A program made the translations under genes and the position numbers. A stretch of 64,000 nucleotides of DNA from Cyanophora paradoxa CCMP329 (taxonomy: Eukaryota; Plantae; Glaucophyta), in assembly GCA_004431415.1 (NCBI GenBank), contig QPMI01000008.1:61808-125807 (forward strand), written 5' to 3'. Positions within the stretch are counted from its first letter, which is position 1. Each line of letters begins with the position of its first letter. Shown here in pieces: positions 9,640-25,378 of this stretch. The notes beneath the pieces were generated by a model, which was not told the DNA's origin, did not search any database, and saw only the letters and a list, made by a program, of their open reading frames with translations.

Positions 9640-11554
9640 GCGTTCAGGGAATTCGAAGGGGTACGAGCGCGCCGTCGCAAGATCACGGTACGTTCTCGGG
9701 CAGCTGCATGCAGGCGGATCCGGAGGAAGGATATGAGTCGCGGGCGGAAACACGGGCGAGGCCAGACGGGCGCAATGCGGCGAGGAGGGGTACTCGATGA
9801 AGGAAGGGGCCAGAGGGCGGCGAGGTGGGCGACGGCAAGGTCGATGGGCGAGAGAGCACGGGGAAGGGGGGACCGGTGGAGGTACAAGGCCCTTTCGGGG
9901 CTATCGGCGACAATCTCAGTCACTGAGTCACACGGAGCCACTTACGGTGTCCGCTCTGGCCGGACTCCGGTGGATGGGCCTGCAGCGGGCTGCCAGGCGC
10001 GGTGCGGCTGCACGGGTCACGGGAGGGCAGGGGAATGGCAGGTGGAAGACGGGGGAGAGGGGGGGGGGGAGGGGAGGGGGGGGTACCGAGGACGCGGACG
10101 CGGACGTGGAGGAGGGTATCGGGCTGGAGGGCGGCCAGGGAGGGGGCAAATTCGACGGCGCCGCGGGGCGGCGGGCGGGGGCGCGGGGGGCCGGCGGCGG
10201 GCCGCAGGTGGGGCGCGTGGTGCTCGGCGGCCCACGTTGCAAGCCCGTCGACAATCTGCGAACGAAGTCAAGCCGGGAGGGCGCCCGGACGTTCGACGGC
10301 AACGAGCCTCAGGGTCAGGCGGCGGGTGCAGCGGCCGGCCGTACGGCTCCGGGGCTCGCTCGGGGCCCGTCCGGAGCCTCCTTAGGACCCGCGCGTCCGA
10401 GGCCCGACCTGCCGCCCGCGCTCGCCACGCGCGCGGGCGCGCCGCGGTGAGGGGGGTACATGACACGAGCACGCGCCCACGTTGCCTGTGACCTGAGGGC
10501 ACGGGTCAGGTGAGATCCGCCAGGCGCGGCGCCCCCGCCCCCCGCACCTGGCCCTGCCACTCCTTCAGAGCCACGCTGAAGACCTGGAGCACGTCGCCGG
10601 GCCACAGGCGCTGCGCCCAGGCCGCTCCCGCCCGCCAGAACGTCAGCTGCGGCGGGCGCGGCGTCGGCTTGCAATTGGCGCGGGGGGAACGGTCTCCCGG
10701 GGGGAACGGACGTGGAGGCGTTCGCCCGACCGGTCCGCCACGATGACGTTCGACGTGGAGATGTGCTCCGAGCCGCAGAGGACCGCTTGCTCGGGGAAGA
10801 TCTGAGAGGAGCGTTCGCCCGGCGGGCGGGCGGGGGCGGGCGTGGGGCGTGCCTGCATGACCACCCCGAGGACCTCGGCTTGCTCCCCCGCCCGCAGGTC
10901 CGCGAGCGTACGAGGCCGCTTCGCCGGCGGCGGCGGCGCCCCCGCGGGCCCCGCGGGCCGTTTCGCCCCGGCGGCGGCGGCGCCGGGTGTGGAAGCGGGG
11001 CCCGCCGGCGGGCCCGAGCGGCTCCTCTCCGGCGTTGCGACGGTGCACGGCACGGTGGCGCGGGCCGCCGAGAGGCTGCAGCTGGACGCGCGGGCGGGCG
11101 GAGGCGCGGAGAGAGGCTCCGGCTCCGGCGGCGGGCCGGGCGGCGGCTCCGCCGGTGGCTCTGGTGCTGCTGCAGCAGCAGCGGCCGCTGCGGCGAGGTC
11201 GTACTCCTCCAAAAGGCGGAGCGAGAGCTCCTGCAAGGCCTCGTACTCCTCCGCGTCGCTGTCGCGCGGCGGCGCCGCCTCCTGCTCCGCCGCACGGGCG
11301 GCGGCGGGCGACCGCGCCGGCGACGGCAGCCGCCGCGCCGGCGAACTCTCTCGCGCAGGCGACGCCGGCAGCGAGCCGCCCGCTGCATCCGCTGGGCCGA
11401 TGCAGGGCCGCGCGTGGGTTCCAGGATCGAGCGCTTTCGCGTCTCCCGTCTCGACGCCAGGATCGCCGGGGTGCTCGTCGTCGGGGAGCGACGGGTCCAG
11501 CTCCAGTTCGAGCTCGCCCGCGCCGCCCTGGTCGCCATCGTCGGCTGGCGCCAT
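9640..11554 (-). pseudogene. SHLD2-like copy B: 5' half near-identical to copy A, 3' half deleted or degenerate
   Basis: 10075-11545 closely matches 6535-8025. ATG at 11554 (MAPADDGDQGG). 9640-10040 is a diverged match lacking the equivalent of about 6095-6360, and everything after about 5900 is missing. Confidence 0.65.
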
Positions 11555-11886
11555 CCGATGATCCTCTCCTCTGCCCCGAGCTCGAGCTCAAACCGAGACG
11601 CGTTGTAGATCGCTCGCTGGCCGCCCTGAGCCGCGCCAAGCCATCTTTCCGATCAATAGTAGCCTGCGCTCGCCAGCGAACCTGGCGAGCCGTGAACGTG
11701 AACCTGGGGGGGAAGAGGAACAGGGGGCACACCAATTCCGCTTGCATCGTCTCCGCTGCGGTCGATCCAGCACGGCGCGGGCGTCTCCTTGGTTCTACGC
11801 GCTTCAGCGGTGTCCCTTGCGAATTTGCGCGCCAACAGTTTCGCGCCGCAGGCGCCGGCTGGCCCAGCGCGCGCGGCAGCCTTCCA

Positions 11887-13561
11887 ATGGGCGCTGGTTT
11901 CGGCCACAGCGCCGTGGCAGCGCTCCCGGACCAGGGCTTCGGCCAACACGCGTTTCTCGGGTTCGGCCTTGTGAAGAACCGCGTGAGCGTCGACGACCTC
12001 GTGGACCTCACACGAACGCTCGATGGTATGCTTTGCGCGCGAACAAGGCTGCGCGTACGCGCGCTCGTGCTGACCGCCGGTGCAGCTGGAGACGTCGTGC
12101 TGCAGAGCTGGTACGACAGCACCGATGCCATGGCTGCGCAGCGTTCCCGCTGGACGTGCGCGCCGGGCCCGGTTCCTCTTCCTCGTTGCTTTCTCAGCGC
12201 TAGCCGGGGGCTGTGCTCGAGCTGACCCCGCGTCCTGCAGGCACGTCGCCCTCGTGTACAAGCGCGATGGCGTGCACTGCCGATCCATCGACAAGTGGAA
12301 CGAGGAGAACGCAAAGGGGACCGAGGCGCGCGTGCCGCACTCCGTTCCGATCCGTCCGCTTTTACACGTTGACCGATCGAGTCCGGGGATATCTATGCGG
12401 CAGGTGGACGAGGTGTGTATGATGGAGGCATGGCTACGCGACCCCGGGGACGTCCCCCCTCCCTGCGACAGTCCGCCGCGCCGCGCCCCAGCCGCAGCCG
12501 CGCCCCGTACGTACCCCCAGCTCACTCGAGCTCCGCGCGGCTCGGAGCGCAGACATGAACCTCACTCCACGTGCGCGTGCGCGTGCGCGTGCCGCGAGCC
12601 GCCGGGCGGTGCCGGCCGCGGCGCCGTCTTTCTGACGGCTCCGAAACGCAGTACCCCTCCGGACGCGCCAGTACCTCGTTCCCGATGGCAAGGGGCCCTC
12701 GCGATGGGTGTTCGCCGCCTGTTGGCGCGCGTGTACCCTTTACCCAGCCCCCTTCCCCCTCCCCCCCCGGCCCCCCCTCCCCCCCACCCCTTCCCTCCCC
12801 CTTCTCCCACTTCCTGAGCAATCGATCTGACTGAGGTCTGACTCAGAACGTGGAAAGGACCCCGGAATTCCGCCGGAAATTGGAGGCGTTCTGGCACGAG
12901 GTCGGGCTGCCCGAACGCTCCGCACATCGTACCCCCCGTCTCCCCCCACATTTTCGCAGGTAAAAGACCGGAGGTACGAGACGGACTGGTGGGAGAAGGC
13001 GAAGAGCGCCCTGGACATGGCGGACGCCCCGGGGTACGCGTACGCGGTTCAAAGGGGGTTACCGATGTATATCTGAGCTCGGGGGTACGTCCGGCAGGTC
13101 GGCGCCGGACCCCGGGCGGAGGCACGTGCTCCGGTGGTCCCAGAACATGGCCAGCGAGCGGGAGCTCTTCTGCTCGGAGCTGGTCGCCCTGGGCCTGCAG
13201 GCCCGCGCCTTACTAAGTTACCCTCTGTTACCGTACCCCTGCCGATCTGATCCAGCCTATTTTGTTCCATGCAGAGGCTGGGGGTTCTCGCGAACGGGCC
13301 CGGGTACCCCCCCTCCAACGAGTACTGTCCGCCCTTGCCGCTTAAGCTTGGGACTGCCGAACTGATCTCTCACTTTGCGATTCATGATCAGGCCCCGGCG
13401 ACTTCGGCGAGGACCGGGCCGCGGCGCTGCCCTCGTGGCGGCGCGGCGCTCGGCGATCTGATTTGGGCGGCCGTGAGGTGATGCGATACCGTAGTACGGG
13501 CCTCACTAGCGCCAGCTTAGATGTAGAAGCCATCTTATTAGCTAACGCGCGTAGATTGTAA
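11887..13561 (+). CDS. Permuted papain-like NlpC/P60 amidase (YiiX/YaeF, peptidase C92-like), multi-exon; ends approximate
   Basis: Spliced motifs 'TLDAGDVVLQ...RSRWTHVALVY' (catalytic His first) and 'LFCSELVALGLQRLGVL...PPSNEYCPGDF' (catalytic Cys second). Confidence 0.75.
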
Positions 13562-13840
13562 ATATAATCATGCAGTGAGCTGTGGCTAGCTATAGCTATA
13601 GGCTAGGGGACGGGAAGCGTAAGGACGAAAGAGGCGCGAACAGGGGACTGGCGCCATCTTATAAGCTTGAACAGTAACGTTAACGCGCGTAGATTGTAAA
13701 TATAAAAATAATCAGTGAGCTGTGGGTAGGCTGGCTAGATTGTAAATACAAATATAAACAGTGATCATGAGCTGTGGCTAGCTATAGCTATAGCTAAAGG
13801 ACGGAAAGACGGAAAGGACGAAGGACGGAAAGGACGAAGG

Positions 13841-14633
13841 CTAGGGGACGGGAAGCGGAAGGACGAAAGAGGCGCGGGCGTGGAAGTCGGGGGCCCGCCC
13901 GCAGTGCCGCAGAGCGAAGTACTCCGCGCGCCCCTCCGGCGCCTCCGCCACGACCGCCGTGAGCGAAGCCTGCGAATGAGATTAGATTTGATCAGATCTA
14001 GAGGCGGGCGGGGCGCGGCGGGGCGGGGCGGGGAGGGACCTGGAGGGGTCCCTGTGCGAAAGGAGCGTCGAAGGAGCATCGGACGGCGAGCTCCCGGTCG
14101 CCGATGCGCAGCCGGTCGAACCGGATGTCCCGCACCCGCCCCTCCTCCTGCGCGGCCGGCCGCGGGCGGCGCGCGCGCTCTACGATCAGCGCCGAGGCGA
14201 CTGCGCCAGCGTACGGAAAGAAGGGCAGCGGAGGCGCGCCTTCATGGGCTGACTTCTGTAGTGCTCGAATCGGAAAACGTTCCACGCGCCGCTGGGCGAG
14301 ACGTTCAGCTCCCAGTACGCGTCGGAGCCTGCGGGGCCGAAGAACGCTTCCAGGCACGTCGTAGTCCATAGCCCGACGGTGCGCGGTCTCCTGGGCAGCT
14401 CCTCCGGAACGACCAGCCGCTGCAGGTCACCGCTGATCACTGCGAAAAACGTCGCCGCATCAGCGCGTCGCGCGTACGTCGTAGCGTGCGGAGGGCCGCG
14501 GTCGCTACGAACCCCATTCGAAATGAAGTTCAGTGCCGAGACGCTGGACCCGCGCGGACACGTTGAACGGCGACCGGCCGAACGGGGCGAGGTTCACGAG
14601 GGGCGGCAGCTCGGACGAGGTCGGCGCCTCCAT
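13841..14633 (-). CDS. Bacterial-type DOMON-like domain protein, multi-exon
   Basis: 'GLWTTTCLEAFFG...YWELNVSPSGAWNVFRFEHYR' and last exon 'ASLTAVVAE...EYFALRHCGRAPDFHARASF', stop at 13843-13841. Confidence 0.75.
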
Positions 14634-14827
14634 CCGATGCACGGCAGAGGCCGGTCCAGGGTTTGTGGGAGTAAAAGTTGCAGCTAACTGAGCTAAGCAG
14701 CACTGGGGTACAGGCAAACTTGGAGGGAGTGGCGCGGAGGTGGACGCACGTTGGGTCAGCAAGAGACGTAGCTAGCTAGAGAGCGTGTCGGCGTCGCTTG
14801 CCGGCACGCGGGGAGCCCAGGCGCAGC

Positions 14828-17996
<3,169 letters not shown>

Positions 17997-18299
17997 GCCG
18001 CGGCCGCCCGCCTTCCACTCCCGCCCCCTCCGTCCAACCCCTCGCCTCCACCCCGCGCTTAGAAGAATCCACGCCTAGCCCGCACGGGATCTTTAGTGAG
18101 ATCTTTAGTGATCGGAGCAGCATAGTGGCCCTCGGGATCGACACGCGCTATGTTAGCCTTAGTTTAGTCGAATCTGTACAAAACTTGGTCAGCTCAAACA
18201 GCACTGCGGCACGGAGGCGCCACGGGGAGCGGGAGCGCTGAACGTGGTGGAGAAGCGATGGCATTCCAATTGTACATCGATATCGATAACCAATACTAT

Positions 18300-19650
18300 T
18301 ATTCAATCCCTCAACGACGGCAGCTGGCCGTTAACGTTGGCGCTGCCGTGAATTCGGATCCCCGGAAGCGCTGACCGTCGGACGTCGATCCGCTGCAGCA
18401 TCGCCGAGTCGCGTCTCACGAGCTGCGGGTCGCACGGCTGGCGCGTCACACTCGGTCGCGCGCTCGGAGAACTCCTAAGGGTCACTGCACGCCGGCATTC
18501 TTGCTTGGCGTTCTTGCTGGGGCAGGGGACGTCGACGGCCCGAGGGCCGTGAGAGTTGAGCCGAGCCAGAGAAAGTCGTCGTTCGATCCACCACTCACCG
18601 GTACCAGGATTACAGGCGTTCGATGAAGCGCTTCACCGGCTCGCGATCAATGAAGAAGCACACGATATCACTTATCAGGTTGTAGAGATGCCCTCGCTGT
18701 GCCTGCAACTTGTTGAGGGGCATTCGAAATGGCGAGAAGCACCGCGCAAGCACCCGTTCCATCTCGCGGCCTTCGCGGCGGCCTTGCTCCAAGAGATCAC
18801 GCTCTCGTTGGGAGCGCGCTTGCACGGCCAGTTCACGCTGCTCGTGGGGCGCGGCCGCGGCGGGGTTATAAGCGCATGGAATGTGGTGGATGCAGGCCGG
18901 TTGAACGCACGCGACGCCGGTGCGCATGCTTGCTGGTCCCGGCTGGCGACTTCATCTTCTGGTGCTGGCGCGCACTCTCCGCGGCCGCATACGCAAGCAC
19001 CACGTTGTGGATGCCGCTCATCTTTGCGCGCTGCAGGCGAGCGGAGAGCCGCGGCGGCGTTTTGCTGCTCGGAGCGTGGAGCCGGTGACGGCGCTTCTGT
19101 CACAGTGTCGACGCGGGCTTGCCTTCTTCAGCTGCTTCTCCCCGTGCGTCTCCTCGCTAAAGCGATGCGCAGAGGCTTGCTGGGTGTGTGCTTTTTAGAG
19201 CGTGCGTCCCCCCTCCTCTCTCCCGGCTCGGATCGAGCGGGAGAGTTTGAGGACGCAAACCCCGGCCAAAACCGGTACCCAAGATAAGACCTCCGACCTC
19301 GCTCTTAGCTAGATGCACGTAAGCAAACGGCGAGTGCAGCCATACACTGGAGACAATATATATGAAGAGTGGAGTGCGCCACAGCAGACGTCGCAGCCGC
19401 ACAGGTTACGGGAACGGCCGGGGAGTCGGCGGGGACGTCGACGGCCCGAGGGCCGACACGCCGCTGTGCCTTGCTCGCGGAAGTTGCACTAACTGCGATG
19501 CTCTGCTGTCTTGTGGCCCGGCGGCGCGCTCAGCTGAAGGCTCGCATGTGCAGCGCCGCGCGGCTGTGGAAGAGGAAGGCGCCGACGACCAGCCCGAGGA
19601 CAGCGAGCGCCACGGATGCTGTCAGGAGGATCGCGTCCTGCCTTCTCATC
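18300..19650 (-). CDS. Hypothetical protein(s), possibly type II membrane protein
   Basis: 'MRRQDAILLTASVALAVLGLVVGAFLFHSR' hydrophobic segment near 19560-19650 and further open frames to about 18600. Exon structure not resolved. Confidence 0.25.
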
Positions 19651-20303
19651 TTCCAGACCCTGCGCAAGCGCGCGGGCCGCGGTGTTCAGCTCGTGGTTCC
19701 CTCAGGTGCGCACGGCGATGCGCCGCGCACTTCCGCGGGCGGCGGCGCAGGTCGGTGAGGTCGTGCGGCGCCTCCGCGACGTTGACGGCCATGTCTCGCT
19801 GAACTCCGCTCTGCCGGTGCCACTGTGCGTATATACCCCGGCCAGGGCAACCCAGGCCAACCCTGGTCGCCGCGGCCGCCGCGGCCGGGCCGGCCGCGGC
19901 CACGTGGGCCTGCGGCCGGCACGGCCTCCGCGGCTGCGCCTGTGGCATGGCCTGGGCCTGCGGCACATCGTCGATCAAGGTCGACGTCGAGCTTTAGCTG
20001 GCCCCGAGTGCAGCCGCAGCTGCAGTGCAACAGCTTAGGCCCAGCTAATGCTTGACGTTAAACTGACACGAAATCAAAGCACAAAGTGTACAAGGTTGTG
20101 GTATCAACTCTACATAAAAGATGATCCTCGTTTGGTACGGTTCTGGGGGAATAGGGGAGGGACGGACGTGGGAACACTGGGGCGTCGAAAGAGAGCTGCA
20201 TCTAGGCTAGAAAAAGCGGCTGCGGCGCGCGGCCTCTACGGTTGCTCGAAGCGGGGAGGTGGCGGTCGTTCAGCCCGTGAATCATGGGAACGGCCGGCGG
20301 CGC

Positions 20304-23300
20304 TCAGCCCTTGTAGCCCAGCTTGTTCAGGAGGTGCTTGCCGTCCTCCTGCAGGAGCGCGTTCGAGTGTAATCTCAGCGCGTTCTCGACGAGCTTGTCG
20401 CCGCCGCCCGTCACGACCTTCTCCTTGTCTGCGCCGACAATCAGACGACCGCTGGAGCCGCTGCGGCGAAAGAAGGCCCCGTCCGTCCGCCCGCCCGCCC
20501 GCCCGCCCGGACGCACCGAGCTTGACAAGCTTGATGAGGGCCCGGATGCCCTTGGCCTGGACTCGCACGTCGTTCGGGTGGGCCTTCATCGCGTTCAGGA
20601 TCGCCTCAATGCTACCGTACTTAATCATCATCTGCAGGCGGGGGCGGGCGGGAGCTCAGTAAGCGCTCGAATAATCTCTCCTCGTCGAAGCTCGACGAGC
20701 AGAGCGGAGCGGAGCGCCTGGCCGACCTTTCGGTTGCGCTGCCACCAGAACTTGCAGCGCCCGAAGTGGTCGAGCGTAGAGCAGCCTGCGCCCTGCAGCA
20801 GCGTATCGCTGGGGAACGCGTTCATCGCCCGCACGACGCTCTGCACGCAGTCCGTGCCCTCCTTCAACGAGCCTGCGGAGCGAGGAGGAAGCGTCAGAGA
20901 CCTGGAGCGTGCGAGAAGACACGGGGTCGGTCGGGGCCCTCACAATCTGCGATGAGCTCCTCGAGCGCGGCGCAGCCGTTGCGCTGGACCTGCATCTCCG
21001 ACGGGTGCGATTCCATGCTGGTCAGAACCTGCTTCGCCGTCTTGGTCGACTCGAGCTGCTTCTTGATCAGCTCTGCGGCGGCGGGGGCGGCGCGCGATCA
21101 GATCGAATTCGGATCAGATCAGATCAGATCAGAAGGGGCACCGTGGTGTCCAAGGTTGGCGACGATGGCGCAGCCGTGGGCCTGCACGAGGGGGTCCTGG
21201 GGGAAGCGGGACATGGCCCCCAGCACGGCGGGCACGCCGCCCATCTTGAGCAGGTTCATCGCGTTCTCGTCAGCGCGAGAGAAGAGCCGCAGGAGCCCGA
21301 GCAGGGCCGAGGTCCACTCCACCGGGTTCCAGTTGTTGCCGGGGCCCTGCTTCAGCCCGTGCAGGATGAGGCTGACCTGCGCGGGGGCGTCGGCGTCGGC
21401 GTTTGCCGGCGCCGGCAACGGAAGAGGCGGCGCACCAGGTTGCGGTCGCAGAAGGCGGGGATGGAGCACATGAGCTGGACCTTCTTCTCGTAGAGCTTGA
21501 AGAACTGGCGGAAGCCGTGGACCTGCTGCCACTTGTCGAAGTTCTGCGTGAGCAGCGCGAATAGGTCTCCACAGTGGAGCTCGACGGCCCGCGACTCGTC
21601 GAAGTCCTCGTCCTCGGGGTACGTGTACGCCGCCGCGCCGGCGGCGCCGACGACGCTGGGGCGCGTCTGCTTGGGCGGCATGGTCGAGGGCGGCGGGCGG
21701 ACGCCGACGACGTCCGGGGGCAGGTCGACGGCGGCGGGGCCCGGGCGGGGCGGCTCGGAGATAATGGCGCGCTTGAGCATGTCTCTGTGCATGCGGCGGT
21801 ACTCGGAGGCCGCCTTTTCGCGGAGGTACAGCGCCTGCCACTCGCGGACGATGCGGCGGAACTCGATGACGCGGTTGCGGGTCAGGCGCCGCCGGATGAC
21901 GGCCTGGATCTTGCGGCAGTACTCGCCAAGCTTGGCCTCGCGCATGTCGTTGAGGGCCTCCAGCTGGCCCGGCCCGAAGAAGATCTTCGTGAGCCCGAAC
22001 TGGAAGCTGTGGCCCGAGACGCTGAGGCTGTCGAGGATGACCTGGCACGCCTGCTGGGGGGGCAGGTTCCGGATCTTGGAGCTGGGTACGAGGAAGCAGA
22101 AGCGGTTCACGAAGTCGGAGTGGAGGAGCCGGTAGGGGTACATGGAGCGCGAGACCTTGATCGCCTCGACGACACCGGCGCAGCGGAGCTGGTGGACGAC
22201 GTAGTCGTGCATGAAGTTGGAGGGCTGCGCCACGTTGTTGGGCTTGATGCAGCAGACGAAGTTGAGCGTCGCCGGCCCGACGCGCGTCATGAGCTGGCCC
22301 AGCTGGTCCTTGAACTGAGCGGAGACGGTCGCCTGCTGGATGCGGGCGCCTTTGTCGCCCTCGATGACGGGGAACTCGCTCTTGGGGAAGAGGCCGTTGG
22401 CGAACGGCCACGCGACGCGCTGGATGAGCGCCGTCGCGTCGGGGTGCAGCGCGTCCTTGTTCTTCTCCAGGAAGCCCACCGTGTCGTACGTGACCTACGG
22501 CGGGCCGCCGTCAGAAGCGGCTCCGGGGCGGGACGGAGGGGGCGGGGGGAGGGGCGGGGCGGAAGGGTGCAGGGGGGGCGCACGGGGCGGGCGTAGTGCC
22601 TGATGCCAAAGGAGCGCTTGCCGCGGCCGGCGCGGACGTCGCGCGCGTCGGGCTGCATGAAGTACTCGTTGTGGGAGAGCTGCTGGAAGACCTTCTGGGC
22701 GAACGACTCGTCTGAGCCCTTGGGGAACAGGCACTCCTCGTCCAGCAGCGAGAGGACGCCGCCCTTCTTCTCGAGCATGTCCAGGCAGGCCTGGTTGTCC
22801 GAGAAGTTGACGAACTCGTGCGCGATGCGCTCGCGCATGTACTCCTCCTGCTCGTTCTTCAGCACGCTGCGGATGAAGAGCTGCTGAAGCTTCTCGTTCG
22901 CGTAGTTGATGCAGAGCTGCTCGAACGAGTTGTGCTCGAACGACTCGAAGCCGAAGATGTCGAGGATGCCGATGAACGCGTCCATGGCCTTGTCATTACG
23001 GATGGAGACGTTGATGCGGCTCACGAGCCACGCGAAGAGGCGCCCGTACAGGCCCTTCGCCATGGCGTCGCGCGCCGCGAGCGCCTGCTCCATCGTGTGC
23101 GACACCGTCATCATCTCACCGCCTGCACGGTACTTCTTCGTGCAGAGCGCCGCCTGCAGGTCCTGCTTCGAGCACGCCAGCAGCGCGCACGCGTTCGCGA
23201 ACTCTGCGGGGCGCGCGCGCCGCGTCGGCGGGGGGCGGGGCGGCGGCGGGAGGGGGCGGGCGCGGACGCGCACCCTGGTCGTCGTGGATGGCTATCGCGT

Positions 23301-25020
23301 CCTCGGACGCCTGGACGAACTGCAGCTCGCCGATGATTAGCACGGCGGCCGTGCAGCGCATCACGTCCTCGATCTCCTGCTGCTGGAAGCCGATGATCTG
23401 CATGGCCTCCTGCTCCCGCGCGGTGAGCGCGCGCCGTCGGGCGCCGCCCGGCGCGCGGCGGGGCGGGATCGCACGATGGTCTCCCTGTAGTCCTTGGCGT
23501 CGTCGCTGTTCGAGCGGTTGATGGTCGAGCTGCAGTTGATGAACCGGTACTGGTTCGCCGGCTTAAGCATGCCGGGGAATTCTACGAGACGAGCGAGGGG
23601 CGTCACGCGCGGCGCAGGAGGAGGCAGACGGGGAGGCGCAGGCGCACGGGGGAGGGCGTTGGGGCCCTGCGAGCAAAGCTGGTAGAAGATGTGGAACGTG
23701 CGCTCGCCCTCGACGTGGGACACGATGCGAGACTGCGGGACAGCGTCAAGCGGGAAACGACGGCGGAGGATGCTCAGTGTACCTTCTCGAGCAGGTCTAT
23801 GGGGCAGGATCGGAAACAGAAGGAAAGAAAGTGAGCGGCCGGGAGCGATTGCGGCGGGGATGGGGGACGACGCACAGTGCTTGATGACAGCACCGACGAC
23901 AGCACCAGCGCGGTCGAACTGGATCTCAATGAACTTACCCTGCGACGGGGCGTGAGCGGGGCGCCAGGGCGCGGGCGGCAGGCGGGCGCACGAAGCGAGA
24001 CGAGTTGTCGTTACGAAGAGTCTTCGCGTTACCGAAGGCCTCAAGAATGGGGTTCGATTTGAGAACCATGTCCGAGATCTTAGTGATGGTCATGCCTCCG
24101 GAGACGGCCGCGAGGTACTCCATGATGATCTGCGGCAGCGGTAGCGCTAAGGACGGGTCGCGGCGAGACTCGCAGCTCATGGCGCACCTTCACGGTCTCC
24201 GTCTTACCGGCACCGGACTCACCACTGTGGACGCAGGCGCCGCGTTAGCTGAAAGGGTGCGGGCGCGCGGGGACCGTCTCTGACCTGACGAGGATAGCCT
24301 GGCTGGTGTGCTCTGCGAAGAGCGCGGCAAGTGAGAAGAAGAAAAAGAATGCTTCGCGGGGGGCGGCACACCGTCGCGCTCGTTCTTGCGCATGAGTGCA
24401 CGGTACGCCTTCTCAGCGATGGCGAAGGCGTGGGGCTCCAGCTGCATGACATCCTTGCCGCGGTACATAGAGATATGAGCATTGTCGTAGATGTTCAGCC
24501 ACTCGAATGGGTTAACGGCGATGAGCATGCAGTTGGAGTAGGTCTGACGGGCGCGGGGGTCTTAGCCACACAGCGGCGGGGCGGACGCGCGGAGGGAGAA
24601 GGAAGGGAGCTCACGTAGATCTTCTTCGACGAGTACCGGATGGCGAGGTTCTGGAGCACGGCCGGCTCGTGCAGGTAGACCAGCTCGGACATGTTGATGA
24701 TGCCAGGCGGTGCCTCCGTTTCCGTGTTTCGAATCATACAGTCCTGCTGATATACATGCCGCCGCTGCAAGGAGCGCAACCACTTTCAGGCGCCGGGCGA
24801 CAAATCCCGGGTTGCAACGGAGGTTCCACACGAACCTCGCCGTTGTCGCACTTCACGATGGCCGTCCCATCGTCGTGCAGCTCTGCGACGATGCCCTTGA
24901 TCCATACCTTCTGCTCGTCGGGAATCCACACAATCGACCCCTACGACCCCCGAGCTCAGCAACGAGCGGGGCGAGCCGCATTCTGAGCGAGTGAACCTTC
25001 TCCGCTGTCGTCGCCACCAT
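20304..25020 (-). CDS. Myosin heavy chain: SH3-like N-terminus, motor, IQ-like neck, armadillo-repeat tail
   Basis: P-loop [69 protein letters not shown]. Tail repeats '[24 protein letters not shown]', '[19 protein letters not shown]', '[18 protein letters not shown]'. Confidence 0.93.
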
Positions 25021-25378
25021 CTTTGCGGGAGCTGGCTAAGCTGCGGCCGCGGTAGGTGGTCGTCGGGCGTCGGCCAACGCCGAACACTCCGCTACTGTGA
25101 AGCCCGGCGCAGCGAACAGTGCCTCCGGCGCCTGCTGTGGTGCTTCGGTGCTTCGGTGCTTCGGGGCTGGGATGTGAAGTGGGCGAAGCGGGACCACCGG
25201 CTACGTGTAAGTCGCAGGCCGCGGGCGGGTACGAGGCGACGGGGCCACTTTGCAACGAAGCCTGCGCCGCTGAATCCGGAAATCGCCTTAGCGCCCTCGC
25301 CCGCACGCAGCCCGACCGGCAAACGGTAGCTAGTGCACGGGACAGCGAGAACCGGCGGCCTAGCGCCGCCAGAGGGGC
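25021..25378. promoter_or_regulatory. Probable bidirectional promoter between the myosin and dynein start codons
   Basis: Divergent ATGs at 25020 (-) and 25379 (+), about 360 bp apart. Positional inference only. Confidence 0.4.

Noticed and set aside
5745-11580. Long direct repeats as LTRs of a retroelement
   Set aside because: The repeats are intron-containing SHLD2-like gene copies. No gag, RT or integrase lies between them and there are no TG..CA ends.
12230-12300. 'SCRHVALV' read as a SWIM/MULE transposase zinc finger
   Set aside because: The Cys lies in an intron acceptor. The spliced reading is WTHVALVY of the permuted NlpC/P60 enzyme.
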